37,432 bases of DNA from Octopus bimaculoides (Eukaryota). Shown here in pieces: positions 12,684 to 23,850 of this stretch. Under the pieces are notes generated by a model. It saw nothing but the letters and a program-made list of their open reading frames with translations. It was not told where the DNA came from and made no database searches. Numbering within the stretch: position 1 is the stretch's first letter; every line of letters begins with the position of its first letter. Both the position numbers and the translations under genes were made by a program. The DNA lies in contig NC_069000.1 of assembly GCF_001194135.2 (NCBI RefSeq), positions 38,869,065 through 38,906,496 on the forward strand, given 5' to 3'.

Positions 12684-12810
12684 GTTTCTTTTAGTTTTCA
12701 TCTACCAAATCCACTCACAAGATTTCGGCAGAATAGTAGAAGTCAAATGCTCAAGGCAGCGGGAGTTGAAAATCAACCCAATAAGCCGGAGTTACGAAAG
12801 AAGTTTCTTA
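12684..12810 (-). mobile_element. family B SINE fragment
   Basis: tctaccaaatccactcacaag is the exact reverse complement of cttgtgagtggatttggtaga in the 18465 copy. Confidence 0.65.
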
Positions 12811-13334
12811 AACATTTTGTCATACCCAGTGCACAGCAATGGTACATTCAGTTCTCAATACGGAACTGATGACTAGTCTTATGTCATTAGTTTTCAATTC
12901 CAGTTATGTAACACATGTTATTGTTCGGAAGAAATAACATACTACAACAGATTCGATAAGGAATAATATAATATGGCTTCCACCAAAACGAGTTATTTTT
13001 ACTTCTATATTTCGAGTTTACATTTAGTTTCTTAGCTTCTAAAAAGGTTTCCTGCATATATTTCCAACTAAATATCATAATCCTAATTCATAGACTCGCA
13101 TTATAAACTTTGCTTCATTTACCTTCAAATATTGACATTTGTCGATTTTGTTACATAAATGAATGACTGAAATGTGTTTAGTGTGGAAGAAGCTAAATCC
13201 AATTCGCAGAAACACACGCACACACACATACATGTATATTTATATATGAATATGTATACATATATGTATATATGTACATATGAAAATATCTATGGATATA
13301 TATTGCGTGGGTGGGTTTGTATGTATATGTATGC

Positions 13335-13500
13335 GCAGTCAAGATCGTGTGGTGAGAAGCTTGCTTTCTAACCACATAACTCCGAGTTCAGTCCCACTGC
13401 ATGGCACCTAAGGAAATTGACTTTTGCTATGACCTCAGTCCGACCATAGCCTTGTGAATGGGTTATAAGGTGGAAATCGGAACAAACCTTTCGCTTATAT
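13335..13500 (+). mobile_element. family B SINE 5' half
   Basis: gtgtggtgagaagcttgctttctaaccacat...gagttcagtcccactgcatggcacc matches the 18465 copy; it runs into a gap followed by (TG)n. Confidence 0.8.
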
Positions 13501-13863
13501 ANNNNNNNNNNNNNNNNNNNNNNNNNNNNNNNNNNNNNNNNNNNNNNNNNNNNNNNNNNNNNNNNNNNNNNNNNNNNNNNNNNNNNNNNNNNNNNNNNNN
13601 NNNNNNNNNNNNNNNNNNNNNNNNNNNNNNNNNNNNNNNNNNNNNNNNNNNNNNNNNNNNNNNNNNNNNNNNNNNNNNNNNNNNNNNNNNNNNNNNNNNN
13701 NNNNNNNNNNNNNNNNNNNNNNNNNNNNNNNNNNNNNNNNNNNNNNNNNNNNNNNNNNNNNNNNNNNNNNNNNNNNNNNNNNNNNNNNNNNNNNNNNNNN
13801 NNNNNNNNNNNNNNNNNNNNNNNNNNNNNNNNNNNNNNNNNNNNNNNNNNNNNNNNNNNNNNN

Positions 13864-13929
<66 letters not shown>

Positions 13930-15007
13930 TATGTCTCTTTATGTATATGAATTGTTATGCTTTTGCCAAATTCTTTATGTTAAACTTAATATTATGAAAT
14001 TATACTCCTAAGAACTAAAAGTATTTTCAATGCAACTAGTCAAGACCGTCGGTGAATTTTGGCTTGCATAATACCGTTAATACTAATTAATTATAGAAAC
14101 GAATAAAGAATTTCAGTAATGATTAATTTTATATAAGGATGTATATTTAGACATGCATCAAAATAATTCGAGTTTGCAAAACCTAGGGAGGCCTCACACG
14201 GGCGAGCATTTATTTAACCCCCATGCCTGATTGTTGAATGAGAGCTATTATAATCCCATTACATAAGCTCCTACATCACGGCCTTTAGAAACATTCGTTC
14301 TTCGAGTATGTGTTGTTAAACATTTAAAAACTAACCATTCAGATAATGATCTTTTATAGACGGAAATCAAAACGCACACAAAAAAATGTCGGATCTTTTC
14401 GTTTCGTCACCGAATCCGATTTTGCCCATTTTTTCTTCATTGATGAAATGTTGCAAGGTAGTTTCGAAAATCATATTCATTTTTGACATACATAAAAAAA
14501 GAAAAATCACAGGTCTTTAAATTTTGAAATTTTAGTCAACAGGAAACCTGCATTATCAACATACTAGAAATTGCTTTTTGTTTTCTTAACCGTTTTAACC
14601 ACTTGTCGTCCCTTTCGTGTTTTCAATTTGGAATTTGCCAAATTCTATCCTATTGGGTTAGAATTACTATTAAGAGTTAGGGATAAGGATTAGGTACAGT
14701 TGTTAGAGCTTGGTGTTAACGTTTCGATGTTAGGATGTAGGTCTAGGATGTAAAGCTAGAATTATTGTGTGGAATTAAATTTGTTACAGCTGTGACATAT
14801 ATACAAAACATTGAGACTTGTTGCAAAACAGTTTTTCTGCAGAGTAGAATATCGCTGTGGTTGAATTGTTTCTTTTTTCATCTCGAAATTTTTCATTACA
14901 TTTTCCCTTCCATACTTAAAGGTGTTGAGAATGTTCATAATATTTTATAATCATTTTCCTCTCTAAGTGTTTGTATTTACAATAATAATATTATAAGTAG
15001 ATATACA

Positions 15008-15353
15008 GTTGTGGAGGCGCAATGGCCCAGTGGTTAGGGCAGCAGACTCGTGGTCGTAGGATCGCAGTTTTGATTCCCAGACCGGGCGTTGTGAGTGTTT
15101 ATTGAGCGAAAACGCCTAAAGCTCCACGTCGCTCCGGTAATTATCTCTTACTTCCTGTTTCTGTTGTGTCTGTAATTCAAAGCGTCAGCCTTGTCACACT
15201 GTGTCACGCTGAATATCCCCGAGAACTACGTTAAGGGTACACGTGTCTGTGGAATGCTCAGTCACTTGCATGTTAATTTCACGAGCAGGCTGTTCCATTG
15301 ATTGGATCAACTGGAACCCTCGACGTCGTAAGCGACGGATTGCCAACAACAAC
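15008..15353 (+). mobile_element. full-length tRNA-derived SINE (family C) with (CAA)n tail and 9-bp TSD
   Basis: tRNA-like head (tggcccagtggttagg; B-box-like gttttgattcc); tail ccaacaacaac; AGATATACA at 14999-15007 and 15354-15362. Confidence 0.88.
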
Positions 15354-15986
15354 AGATATACATTTGCTCTAACAGATTTTTTGTTACAAGACAAAATATT
15401 TCTTTTTCGTATTTATGAGGCATTATGTGTATGATTTCAATATAAGTAACAAAAATGGCCAGAAATATAAACCGATAAAATATTTTATCTTTCTCTGTAA
15501 GAATCCAATTTAAAATCGAATTATTTTGATTTCAGCTTTTGTTCACTTCTCATCATCTAAACATAGTTGGAAGCCACATGCTCTTTCATGCACTGGATAC
15601 TTTGTCGGACATCAACCTTTGTATTTTAGAGCTTACAGAAATAAATCAGGTAGCGTAGATATTGGAATATAGTTAGATATTTTGATTGTTAAATTGTGAT
15701 TCCATTTTGTGCTGATTTCTTTTCTCTATTCATGATTCAACAGGTCACCTGACAATCATTAATGTAACTTGTTAAGCAGCAAGATACAAAAAAAATACAA
15801 ATACAATTATTTATGCATTGAGATTGATGCTTGACACTTTATCCTGCTGCTCCTTGTTTTAATTGTTGACTGCCATGGAAGGAGCATATCTCTGGTCGAT
15901 AGACTTGTTAACAAATACTGTGCGTTTAGAAATTTTGAAGATATTCCTTAAATGATAGATTAGAATAGACATAGATTTTGTATATA

Positions 15987-16207
15987 CTGTAATCCCTCGA
16001 CTATAGCTGGTATTACGTTCCCCGCCCCCGCGATAAGTGAAAATCTACAAACTAGAAACAGTACTGTATTGTATATATTTTCAAATTACTTTTTATAATT
16101 TGTATATATTTTTTTATCATAAATGCAAGACAACACCACGGAGGAATCTACATAAGCTTAAACAATAAACCGCGATAGGTGAACCGCTATATGCCGTGGG
16201 AGAGCCG
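15987..16207. mobile_element. pogo/Tigger-like MITE (~220 bp)
   Basis: TA-flanked degenerate TIRs (ctgtaatccctcgactatagc ... cgctatatgccgtgggagagccg) and an internal repeated cgcgata(a/g)gtgaa. Confidence 0.55.
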
Positions 16208-16603
16208 TATTTAGAAGCTGTGCTGATGATAGATCTCATAGTAAGCCAGGAGGATTAATGAGTGCGTGTGAATGTATATATATATATATATATATGAATA
16301 TATGCACACATAAACACTCACAGACACACAGAGGCATATACATGTATGTATATACGAATCTACTGCGTTGTTTGAACACGCATGTTTTTTTGTCTTGGTT
16401 GAATGTAAAGTTGTGTGTATCTAAGTGAGTTCGTATTTCCTATATTTTCATTATTTTACCTATTTTATATACTGTTACGTAACTGTTGTGGAGATGTATC
16501 TAGCTTCTGTAGTTTGTGTTATCTGTGTATGCATATGATATTTATTTTGTAAAGTGCGATACATGGTGATATCTTATTTTCACTAGAATGAAAGAAGCAA
16601 AGG

Positions 16604-17250
16604 TATTCGAAATCTGATCAAAATATATCGGAACAGGTGCCGCAAAAAGAAAATTACAATACATAGTATTTTGGTATTTAATGTCCTTCGGATACTTTTG
16701 AAGACACACACCTCATCTAGCATCATTTTTATTGGTCGTAGCATACCTGAAACTCTTCTTTGGGGTGTGGATACCATGCATATGCCTCGTCGCATTTTCT
16801 TGCAGTTCCTCGAGACATTGAAATTTTCTTCCTTTCAATGAAATTTGAGTTTTGGTAAGAGGAAGAAGATGCAAGGAGCGATATCTGTAGAATATGGTGG
16901 TTATCAGACCTGGGGAATGTTGAACTTAGCCAAAAACTGCTGCAGCTGAAAGGAGTCTAGGCTCAAACTTGGCAGACTATTCAGCAAGAAAAACAAAAAT
17001 GAACCGTAACTAATGTTCACATCCTGCAACCCAGGCACGAACTTCCGTCGGTGTTTCCGAAAAACTAGACACGTCCGTTCTGCTAGTTGCGAGTATGTTT
17101 GAGCGTGCGTCAACGTCGAAATTTTATCGGCTATTTTGGAAACATTTGAACCACTCGTACGTTCCTGTGCAGCTCATGCAAAGACCAGCTAGACTCGGCA
17201 TGTTATATCTACGATAAGGGGCCTAGCATTGCACAATTTTTTTAGACATC
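16604..17250 (-). mobile_element. internally deleted, decayed mariner (Tc1/mariner) transposon
   Basis: Minus strand: CMSCTGTYEWFKCFQNSR*NFDVDARS..TSRTD (17180-17073, N-terminal HTH); QFLAKFNIPQV; PPYSTDIAPCIFFLLPKLK (from 16900; cf. YSPDLAPCDFFLFPKLK); KEEFQVCYDQ...EGH*. TIR-like tattcgaaatctgatcaaaatatatcggaac at 16604-16634. Confidence 0.9.
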
Positions 17251-17253
17251 TAT

Positions 17254-17313
<60 letters not shown>
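17254..17313. repeat. (CA)n(TA)n compound microsatellite
   Basis: Seen directly. Confidence 0.95.
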
Positions 17314-17315
<2 letters not shown>

Positions 17316-18104
17316 CGCATATATTCGGTCCCGATCAGAAATAGGACGAAAACTTGCAATGATTCAACGGAATGAATTTCTTTCTAGGAAAGACTGAAAA
17401 AAAACTTGATGGCGAAGTAAAATCTGAACACCTCGAAAGTTAGAAACTGATCTTTTGTAAGCTTACTGTGGTAAAAGCATAAAAGCTACTGCCTTCCTAT
17501 ATTCCAGTACAAGAGATTCTGCAACAAAATTGTCACTCATAAAACAATTTATCGGTCCATCTTTTAGTTTGGCTTGAGGTCGATGAGAAACGAAAAAAAA
17601 AAAAAAAGCGGCAAATAGCCATAAACTAACGACTTTTTGAATAATGGTTAATCCACGTCTGTGATGTAACAGTTGTCGTAAAGCTATCATTGCCAAACAC
17701 AGTCCCATTTAGATCAATATCATTAGTATCTTGTTAATAATTCATTTATTTTTTAGGATTGGCGAGTATCTTTTTTATGGGGTTTTTATATATGCATTAC
17801 ACAGTACCGTTAGGAATTAACAAAATCATGATTAAACTGGGACGAAGACAACATAATCGCTCAACCAACTCACATTCTCAATACATTCGGTAGTAACTGA
17901 TACCTTGATTCAATTATTCTAATTCGCTCAAATAATCAAAAGGCAATTCATCTTTTAAACCAAACAAGTTTGTTAGCTATTCTTTACAATATTGTGGAAT
18001 ATTGACGCACCCATCTTTTAGTATGAAATCGAAATAAGATGAGAATTGTTACTTACGGTTCAACAGATATCATGCTACTAAACTGATTTCCTTGTGTGTG
18101 TGTA

Positions 18105-18161
<57 letters not shown>

Positions 18162-18464
18162 NNNNNNNNNNNNNNNNNNNNNNNNNNNNNNNNNNNNNNN
18201 NNNNNNNNNNNNNNNNNNNNNNNNNNNNNNNNNNNNNNNNNNNNNNNNNNNNNNNNNNNNNNNNNNNNNNNNNNNNNNNNNNNNNNNNNGCGCGTGTGTG
18301 TGTGTGTACTACAGCCTGTATGTTTTACGTTAGTCATGTTATTTTAATCAGTTTGATTGAGTATATGTTAATTTTACGGAGGTGTACTTGAGAGGAAAGA
18401 GTTTTAATCTGACACCGAGTATTGAAACTGAAACAATTGCAGTGCGGTGGACACATGTGAACAA

Positions 18465-18870
18465 TTCACGTGTGTCTGTGTGGTAAGTAGCTTGCTCATC
18501 AACCACATGGTTCCGGGTTCAGTCCCACTGCATGGCACCTTGGGCAAGTGTCTTCTACTATAGTCTCGGACCGACCAAAGCCTTGTGAGTGGATTTGGTA
18601 GACGGAAACTGAAAGAAGCCCGACGTATATATGTATATATATGCATATATGTATGTGTGTGTGTGTCTGTGTGTCTGTGTTTGTTATCCCAACATCGCTT
18701 GACAACCGATGGGGGCGTGTTTACGTCCCTGTAACTTAGCGGTTCGGCAAAAAGAGTCCGATAGAGTAAGTACTAGGCTTACAAAGAATACGTACTGGGG
18801 TCGATTAGCTCGACTAAAGGCGGTGCTCCAGCATGGCCACAGTCAAATGACTAAAACAAGTAAAAAAAGT
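18465..18870 (+). mobile_element. full-length family B SINE with internal (TA)/(TG) microsatellite
   Basis: Head gtgtggtaagtagcttgc...gggttcagtccc; internal microsatellite at about 18625-18680; 3' half catcgcttgacaaccgat...ggtgctccagcatggccacagtcaaatgactaaaacaagta, which is shared with three other copies in the window. Confidence 0.9.
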
Positions 18871-19769
18871 AGCTGCATTTAAGTATTTATTGTACGTTAT
18901 ATGGTGTCAAATGCTTCTTCGCTCTAAAATGCGACCTGGTCATTAGCAAATTATACTCCCACTCAGTGTAACGTTTTTAATGACCAGGTCACGCTTTGGA
19001 ACGAAAAATCAATGTTGACACCACATTGCAAACAATAAATATTTCAGCGAAATTAATGATCTTTATAGGTTTCCCAATGGCTATAACATGCAACTTACAT
19101 CCTGCAATAATTGTTGCTTGATTTGGAAGAAGAAAAAAATTATCTGCCAACGAGTGGTACGCACACACAAATACGTAATCTGTCACACGAACTCTCATTC
19201 AGCCTTGCACTTTGTTGTGAACTTTCCATTTCATCTGGATGTTGAACTAAAACAAAGGAATGCATGAGTTTATAAAGTAACGTAACGTAGGGCACCCATA
19301 AGAACAAGAACATTTCTCACTTTAAGATGCTACATGTTTTGTATTTCAATTTCCTGGTCTTTATAGTTACGTAATTGTCAGATTCCTTTACAGATATATT
19401 TTTATTAGTCGGAACACCTACATCTATTAGTAAACAAATATTGCCTTCTACGTCTTTAATGACTATATCTGCTCAATTAGCCTGGATGGTTCTGTCGCTG
19501 TTGACTGGAAAATCCTAGAGGATAGTGACATTTTTACCTTCAACGACTGGCTCAGAATGATGTTCATACCAATAAAGAGGAATGTTGATTTTGTAGTGTT
19601 TATATATTTTCCAATGTAAATACTGTCTTACTCTATCATGGTGATTTTTTTATTCGTTTGCTGTCAGTACAGGACATCCCAGAGACGTAATGGTCTATTG
19701 TCTCATGAAATTTATCGTAAAACTGCATTTAGGGTCAGAACCGTTTTGATGAACGTTATCTCTCTCTCT

Positions 19770-19906
<137 letters not shown>

Positions 19907-19907
19907 A

Positions 19908-20010
19908 AAGGCAGTGAGCTGGCACAATTGGTAGTGTATTTTTCCGACTTTTACGATCTGAATCCGTATGCCTTTCGTCCTTTTTTGGTCTCTAAGATGA
20001 AGAGCACGTC
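19908..20010 (+). mobile_element. family A SINE, partial and deleted
   Basis: aaggcagtgagctggcacaattggtag head, then gcctttcgtcctttttggtc. Confidence 0.5.
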
Positions 20011-21124
20011 ATGTACCTTTCTCCATGCAATCAACTATCTTCTTTCCGCTTTTATTTGCTAGTCTTGCACTAAACTTTGAAATCACTCTCATCATCATCA
20101 TTATAACATTATTTTTCGAATATTCTTCAGCTTTTGAATGTTGTCTTTGACAGGTTTTGTTCGGCACTCTATCGAGTCCTCTTTCCGCAGCCCTCTACAC
20201 GTTTACTTTTATTCACAGCAATAAAATGCACTGGATACCGAGGCAAAAACTGTGTTTAAGCACGTTTACACGGATAAAGAAAAGTAAACAACATTCTTGT
20301 GTTGCTATTTGTTCAACACTTTCATTCCTATCTAGGTCTGTTAGTTCTTCAGTGACTGACATTTCGGATTATTATAAATCCGAAGACACAATATAAGAAA
20401 GGAAAAAGAAATTAATGCAAACATCGACAGATATGCATCAACTTCCATGGATACAGCATGACTCTCTTAATACGAATATGAGTGTGCGTGTGAGTGCGTG
20501 TGTCTGTGGTTGTGTAGGACTATGTGTAAGCACTTGTACAAGTGTGCTTGTGTATGCATACGCACGAGCGTTGATGTATGTGGATGTATATGATGAGAAA
20601 TTTTGATCACGAAGCAGGCGCCAATTTATCCTAACTGTCATAAAACAGCTGCTCACTAATCTTCTGGTCACAGATATAAACGACATATCAGCTTTGTTGT
20701 TGTTGCTCTTTTAACTGTAACTGGTGCTGACTGCGCTTTTTGTTTTAGTGATTGCTTTGCCAGTTTGTTGTTTTGTCCCTTCATTATTGGAGTATCGAAT
20801 TATAAATACAGCATATTACTAGTATTAATCATTAATCTTGACAAATTTGTTCATATATAACGAATTATCTGCTCACGAGCGCCTTCCCTAATACCAACAC
20901 ATAACACTTACCTTTGAAGACACCTGCATATCTTTCCTATCACCCCTGCGCCCTCTACATTCCTCTAATTGAAACTTCTGGAAATATTTTAAAGATATGT
21001 GGTATTTAAATGTTTTCACAAGCATTTCATTTTCCTTTTACATTTATTTTTTATCAAGATAACGTATTTGTCTCTTTTATCAATAGTTTATTAAAATGTC
21101 GAACAGTCACACATGTACAAATAT

Positions 21125-21270
21125 AATTACTGACTCGACACCAGTATTTGATGGATGGTTATTATGTTGATACTAAATGAATAAAAGTGAAGTCGACAGG
21201 GGCGAGATTTGAACCCAAAAGCAAGTTCAGTATTCTCGACTATAAATGCGAAGACATTTTATCACGTAGT
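21125..21270 (-). mobile_element. old family A SINE
   Basis: actcgacaccagtattt...aaagtgaagtcgacaggggcgagatttgaaccca. Confidence 0.55.
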
Positions 21271-21319
21271 TGAACCTACAGTTATGAGTGAGCGCGCAGT
21301 CATCTATGCAACATGGATC

Positions 21320-22165
21320 CAACCCAGTCTCTACCTTGCAGGCGTCTATCGCCCTCGCTCATTTGTTGACACAGAGACCACCAAAGCAAATGGTACGCCA
21401 TTCAGTGCAGCATGGTTTCGGATGGCTTGCTGCAACAACTTGACCAGGACAGGTACCTTGTTTCCTCTCGGCTTCCCATCTTCCTGCTGTGCTTAGCTCA
21501 ACCAGTTCCATCACTCAGCTTGACAGCAACTGTCTGCGCATCGCTACTTCCCTGAGGTTTGGTCTCACAAATCCTGCTGCTGATTCGCTATGGATTCTTT
21601 AGGCCTCCACCCATTATCATGCTATTATAGTCCTGCCGCATTCTACACCATGCTGCTCACAATGAGATCAAAAATACAATACTTCCCTTCCCAACTTGAG
21701 CCAGTGGCGCTAGACCGAGGGGAAGATAATGGCCAGACAGTATGACTATTTTCCTGTACCACGGTGGCAGGCACCTGATTTGGGATCCCACAAGCTGTGA
21801 TACCATCTCCGGTGGCAACCTGGTGTGATCAGCTGCCAACCCAAGCTTCGTTGCTCGTGAGCAAAACGTCAAAATTCAGGCCACTCTCTGGTAGATCTGT
21901 AGTTGAGCCTGTACCAGTGGAGACTACCAGTGTTCTCGGCCCCTTGATCACACTTCTGCTAACCACTGCCTGGGTGGATCTAGCCATCCTCAAATGTAAG
22001 CCCCGTGATTCAGAGTAGCTGTTCCAGCGATTCTCTCTCTGCTTGCTCTGGGGCAACGCCTTTTCCGTTTTGTCCACTGGGGCCACAGAACAGACTAACA
22101 AACCTTCTTATTTGTTACTTGTTACTTATTGTTTTTATTCAACCATTCATAACTGAATAAAATTT
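21320..22165 (+). mobile_element. CRE-like non-LTR retrotransposon 3' fragment (zinc knuckle plus restriction-like endonuclease), decayed
   Basis: Collinear motifs across frameshifts: PVPSLSL / DSNCLRIATSLRFG (21522), DSLGLHPLSC (21593), QLEPVALDRG (21692), WPDSMTIFLYHGGRHLIWDPTSCDT (21730), SKFRPLSGRSVVEPVPVETTSVLGP, PRDSE*LFQRFSLCLLWGNAFSVL; AATAAA near 22157. Confidence 0.8.
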
Positions 22166-22214
22166 GACTGAAATGAATTCCACACTTATCAGATATTCTG
22201 CAGCTTTTATTAAT

Positions 22215-22705
22215 AATTACTTGGACATTCAATGTACTATGAGTCACCATCTAAGTCAATCCTGATTGGACGCGTGGAGGGGAAAAGAGCCAGATGCTGA
22301 CAAAGACATTTTTAGACTGACCACATCAAAGTATAGACTGGGTACAAGAGTTTGGTTAATTGCATGCATGCAGTACAACGCAGACGGAAGAAGTGAGTTT
22401 TGAGAAGCCCTGGACACAGAGAGCACCTAGCTGATGGTTGATAGCTGATGATGTTTTTGGAGTGGCCACATGAACGAATGAACTAGGCGCAAGAGCCTGG
22501 CTAATCTTGTGCATAAGACCGTCTTAACGGCAAGTGTGAATAGGAAGAGAGCAAGATGCAGCCAAAAAGGTTTTGGGACTGACCACATGAAATTACGGAC
22601 TAGTTGCAAGAGCCTGGATAATATGAATGCAGTACAAAGCATAAGGACTCGAGAGTATTAAGAAGCCGAGCCCTGGACACAGAGACGGCACCTAGCTGAT
22701 AAGGC
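22215..22705 (+). mobile_element. three tandem, diverged RTE-clade LINE 3' ends
   Basis: YLGHSMYYESPSKSILIGRVEGKRARC*QR; gccctggacacagaga(cg)gcacctagctgat at 22407-22435 and 22670-22700; the third copy ends ...HRDGT*. Confidence 0.7.
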
Positions 22706-22949
22706 TACGAGTAGGTCACGAATGCACAAACGATAAAGACCCACACGGGTAACTGCAGCTACTACTGTTCGTGGTTTCCTTGCCTCGGAAGTGCGCCAGA
22801 TAGTTCAGCTTGCGTCTTTTGCTCGACTAACTTTACGTCGAACAGATGGAGTCTCATTGAAGTGGATTTTTTATCTTTAATTCAAGGTTGGATAATTACT
22901 GCTTTATTCAACACAAATTAATGTGTGGCATTGCGTTCAAGTCAGATAC

Positions 22950-23018
22950 TACAAGACGACGACGACGACGCCGACAACAACAACAACAACAACAACAACA
23001 ACAGCAACAACAACAACA

Positions 23019-23062
<44 letters not shown>

Positions 23063-23074
23063 AACAACAACAAT
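22950..23074. repeat. compound trinucleotide microsatellite (ACG)n(ACA)n(ACT)n(ACA)n
   Basis: Seen directly. Confidence 0.97.
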
Positions 23075-23454
23075 TTAATGTTACTAAACTACTCATAATA
23101 AAACAGAAAAAAATCTACTGTTACTAATGTCGTAAATGAAAATTAAAAGCATTCTAAAAATATTGCCTATCACAATTACAATCGTAGCGCCGTGGTGCAG
23201 AAGCTTTTTTCACAGTTAAGTGTTTTCAGGTTCCATACACCTTCCTGTGTGGTACGTCGAGACATATTCTCTATCATGATTCAGTAGAGAGCCTTGTAAA
23301 AATAATTTGGTTGAATGAAATCTGCGCGTCTCTTGGAAGTCTGTAGCACAGCCTACTATATTGCGTCTTCTCACCTGTCACTGACGGTACGAATAGGAGA
23401 AAGGTGTTGCTCTCTCACCGGTGTTGCAGATATGAAAAAATTGCAGTTGGGTTG

Positions 23455-23615
23455 TATGAGGGGGTACTGAAACTTCCCTGATTTTAGGGGTGTCGCTAAA
23501 GGCCTGGTTGGAGGCCCAAACTTCCCAGTTTTTTTTTTTTTTACAGAGCTTAGACAGACTAAAGAACAGGTGCAATAAATGTGTGAATTAGACAAACTAA
23601 AGAACAGCTGCAATG
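23455..23615 (+). mobile_element. mariner-derived MITE, 5' part, same family as 3260-3480
   Basis: tatgagggggtactgaaacttccctg...ggcctggttggaggcccaaacttc; internal duplication of ttagaca(g/a)actaaagaacag(g/c)tgcaat. Confidence 0.7.
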
Positions 23616-23619
23616 TGTG

Positions 23620-23850
23620 TGTATGTGTGCGTGTTTATGTGATTTTTTCTGTACTTGTTCCCAATCCATCGCTTGCCCACCGGTGTTGTTTTCTTTGCGG
23701 TCACGTAATAAAAACGGATAGAATAAATGAGAGACTTTAGAAAATAACTATCATGGTACGATGGGCGATTTCTTCTATTAGAATCCTTAAACCGGTGCTC
23801 CACCATGGCCACAGTCCAATGACTGAAATAAGTAAAACGTATAAGATTAG
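23620..23850 (+). mobile_element. family B SINE 3' half, diverged
   Basis: catcgcttgcccaccggtg...ggtgctccaccatggccacagtccaatgactgaaataagta. Confidence 0.75.

Noticed and set aside
15012-15085. tRNA gene
   Set aside because: No proper acceptor stem or poly-T terminator; it continues into a SINE body with tail and TSD.
16587-16854. Plus-strand 85-codon frame between a good acceptor and donor
   Set aside because: It is the antisense of the mariner transposase C-terminus and contains a stop before the donor.
22260-22705. CRISPR-like or satellite array
   Set aside because: Units are irregular, diverged and carry RTE coding motifs; eukaryotic context with no cas genes.
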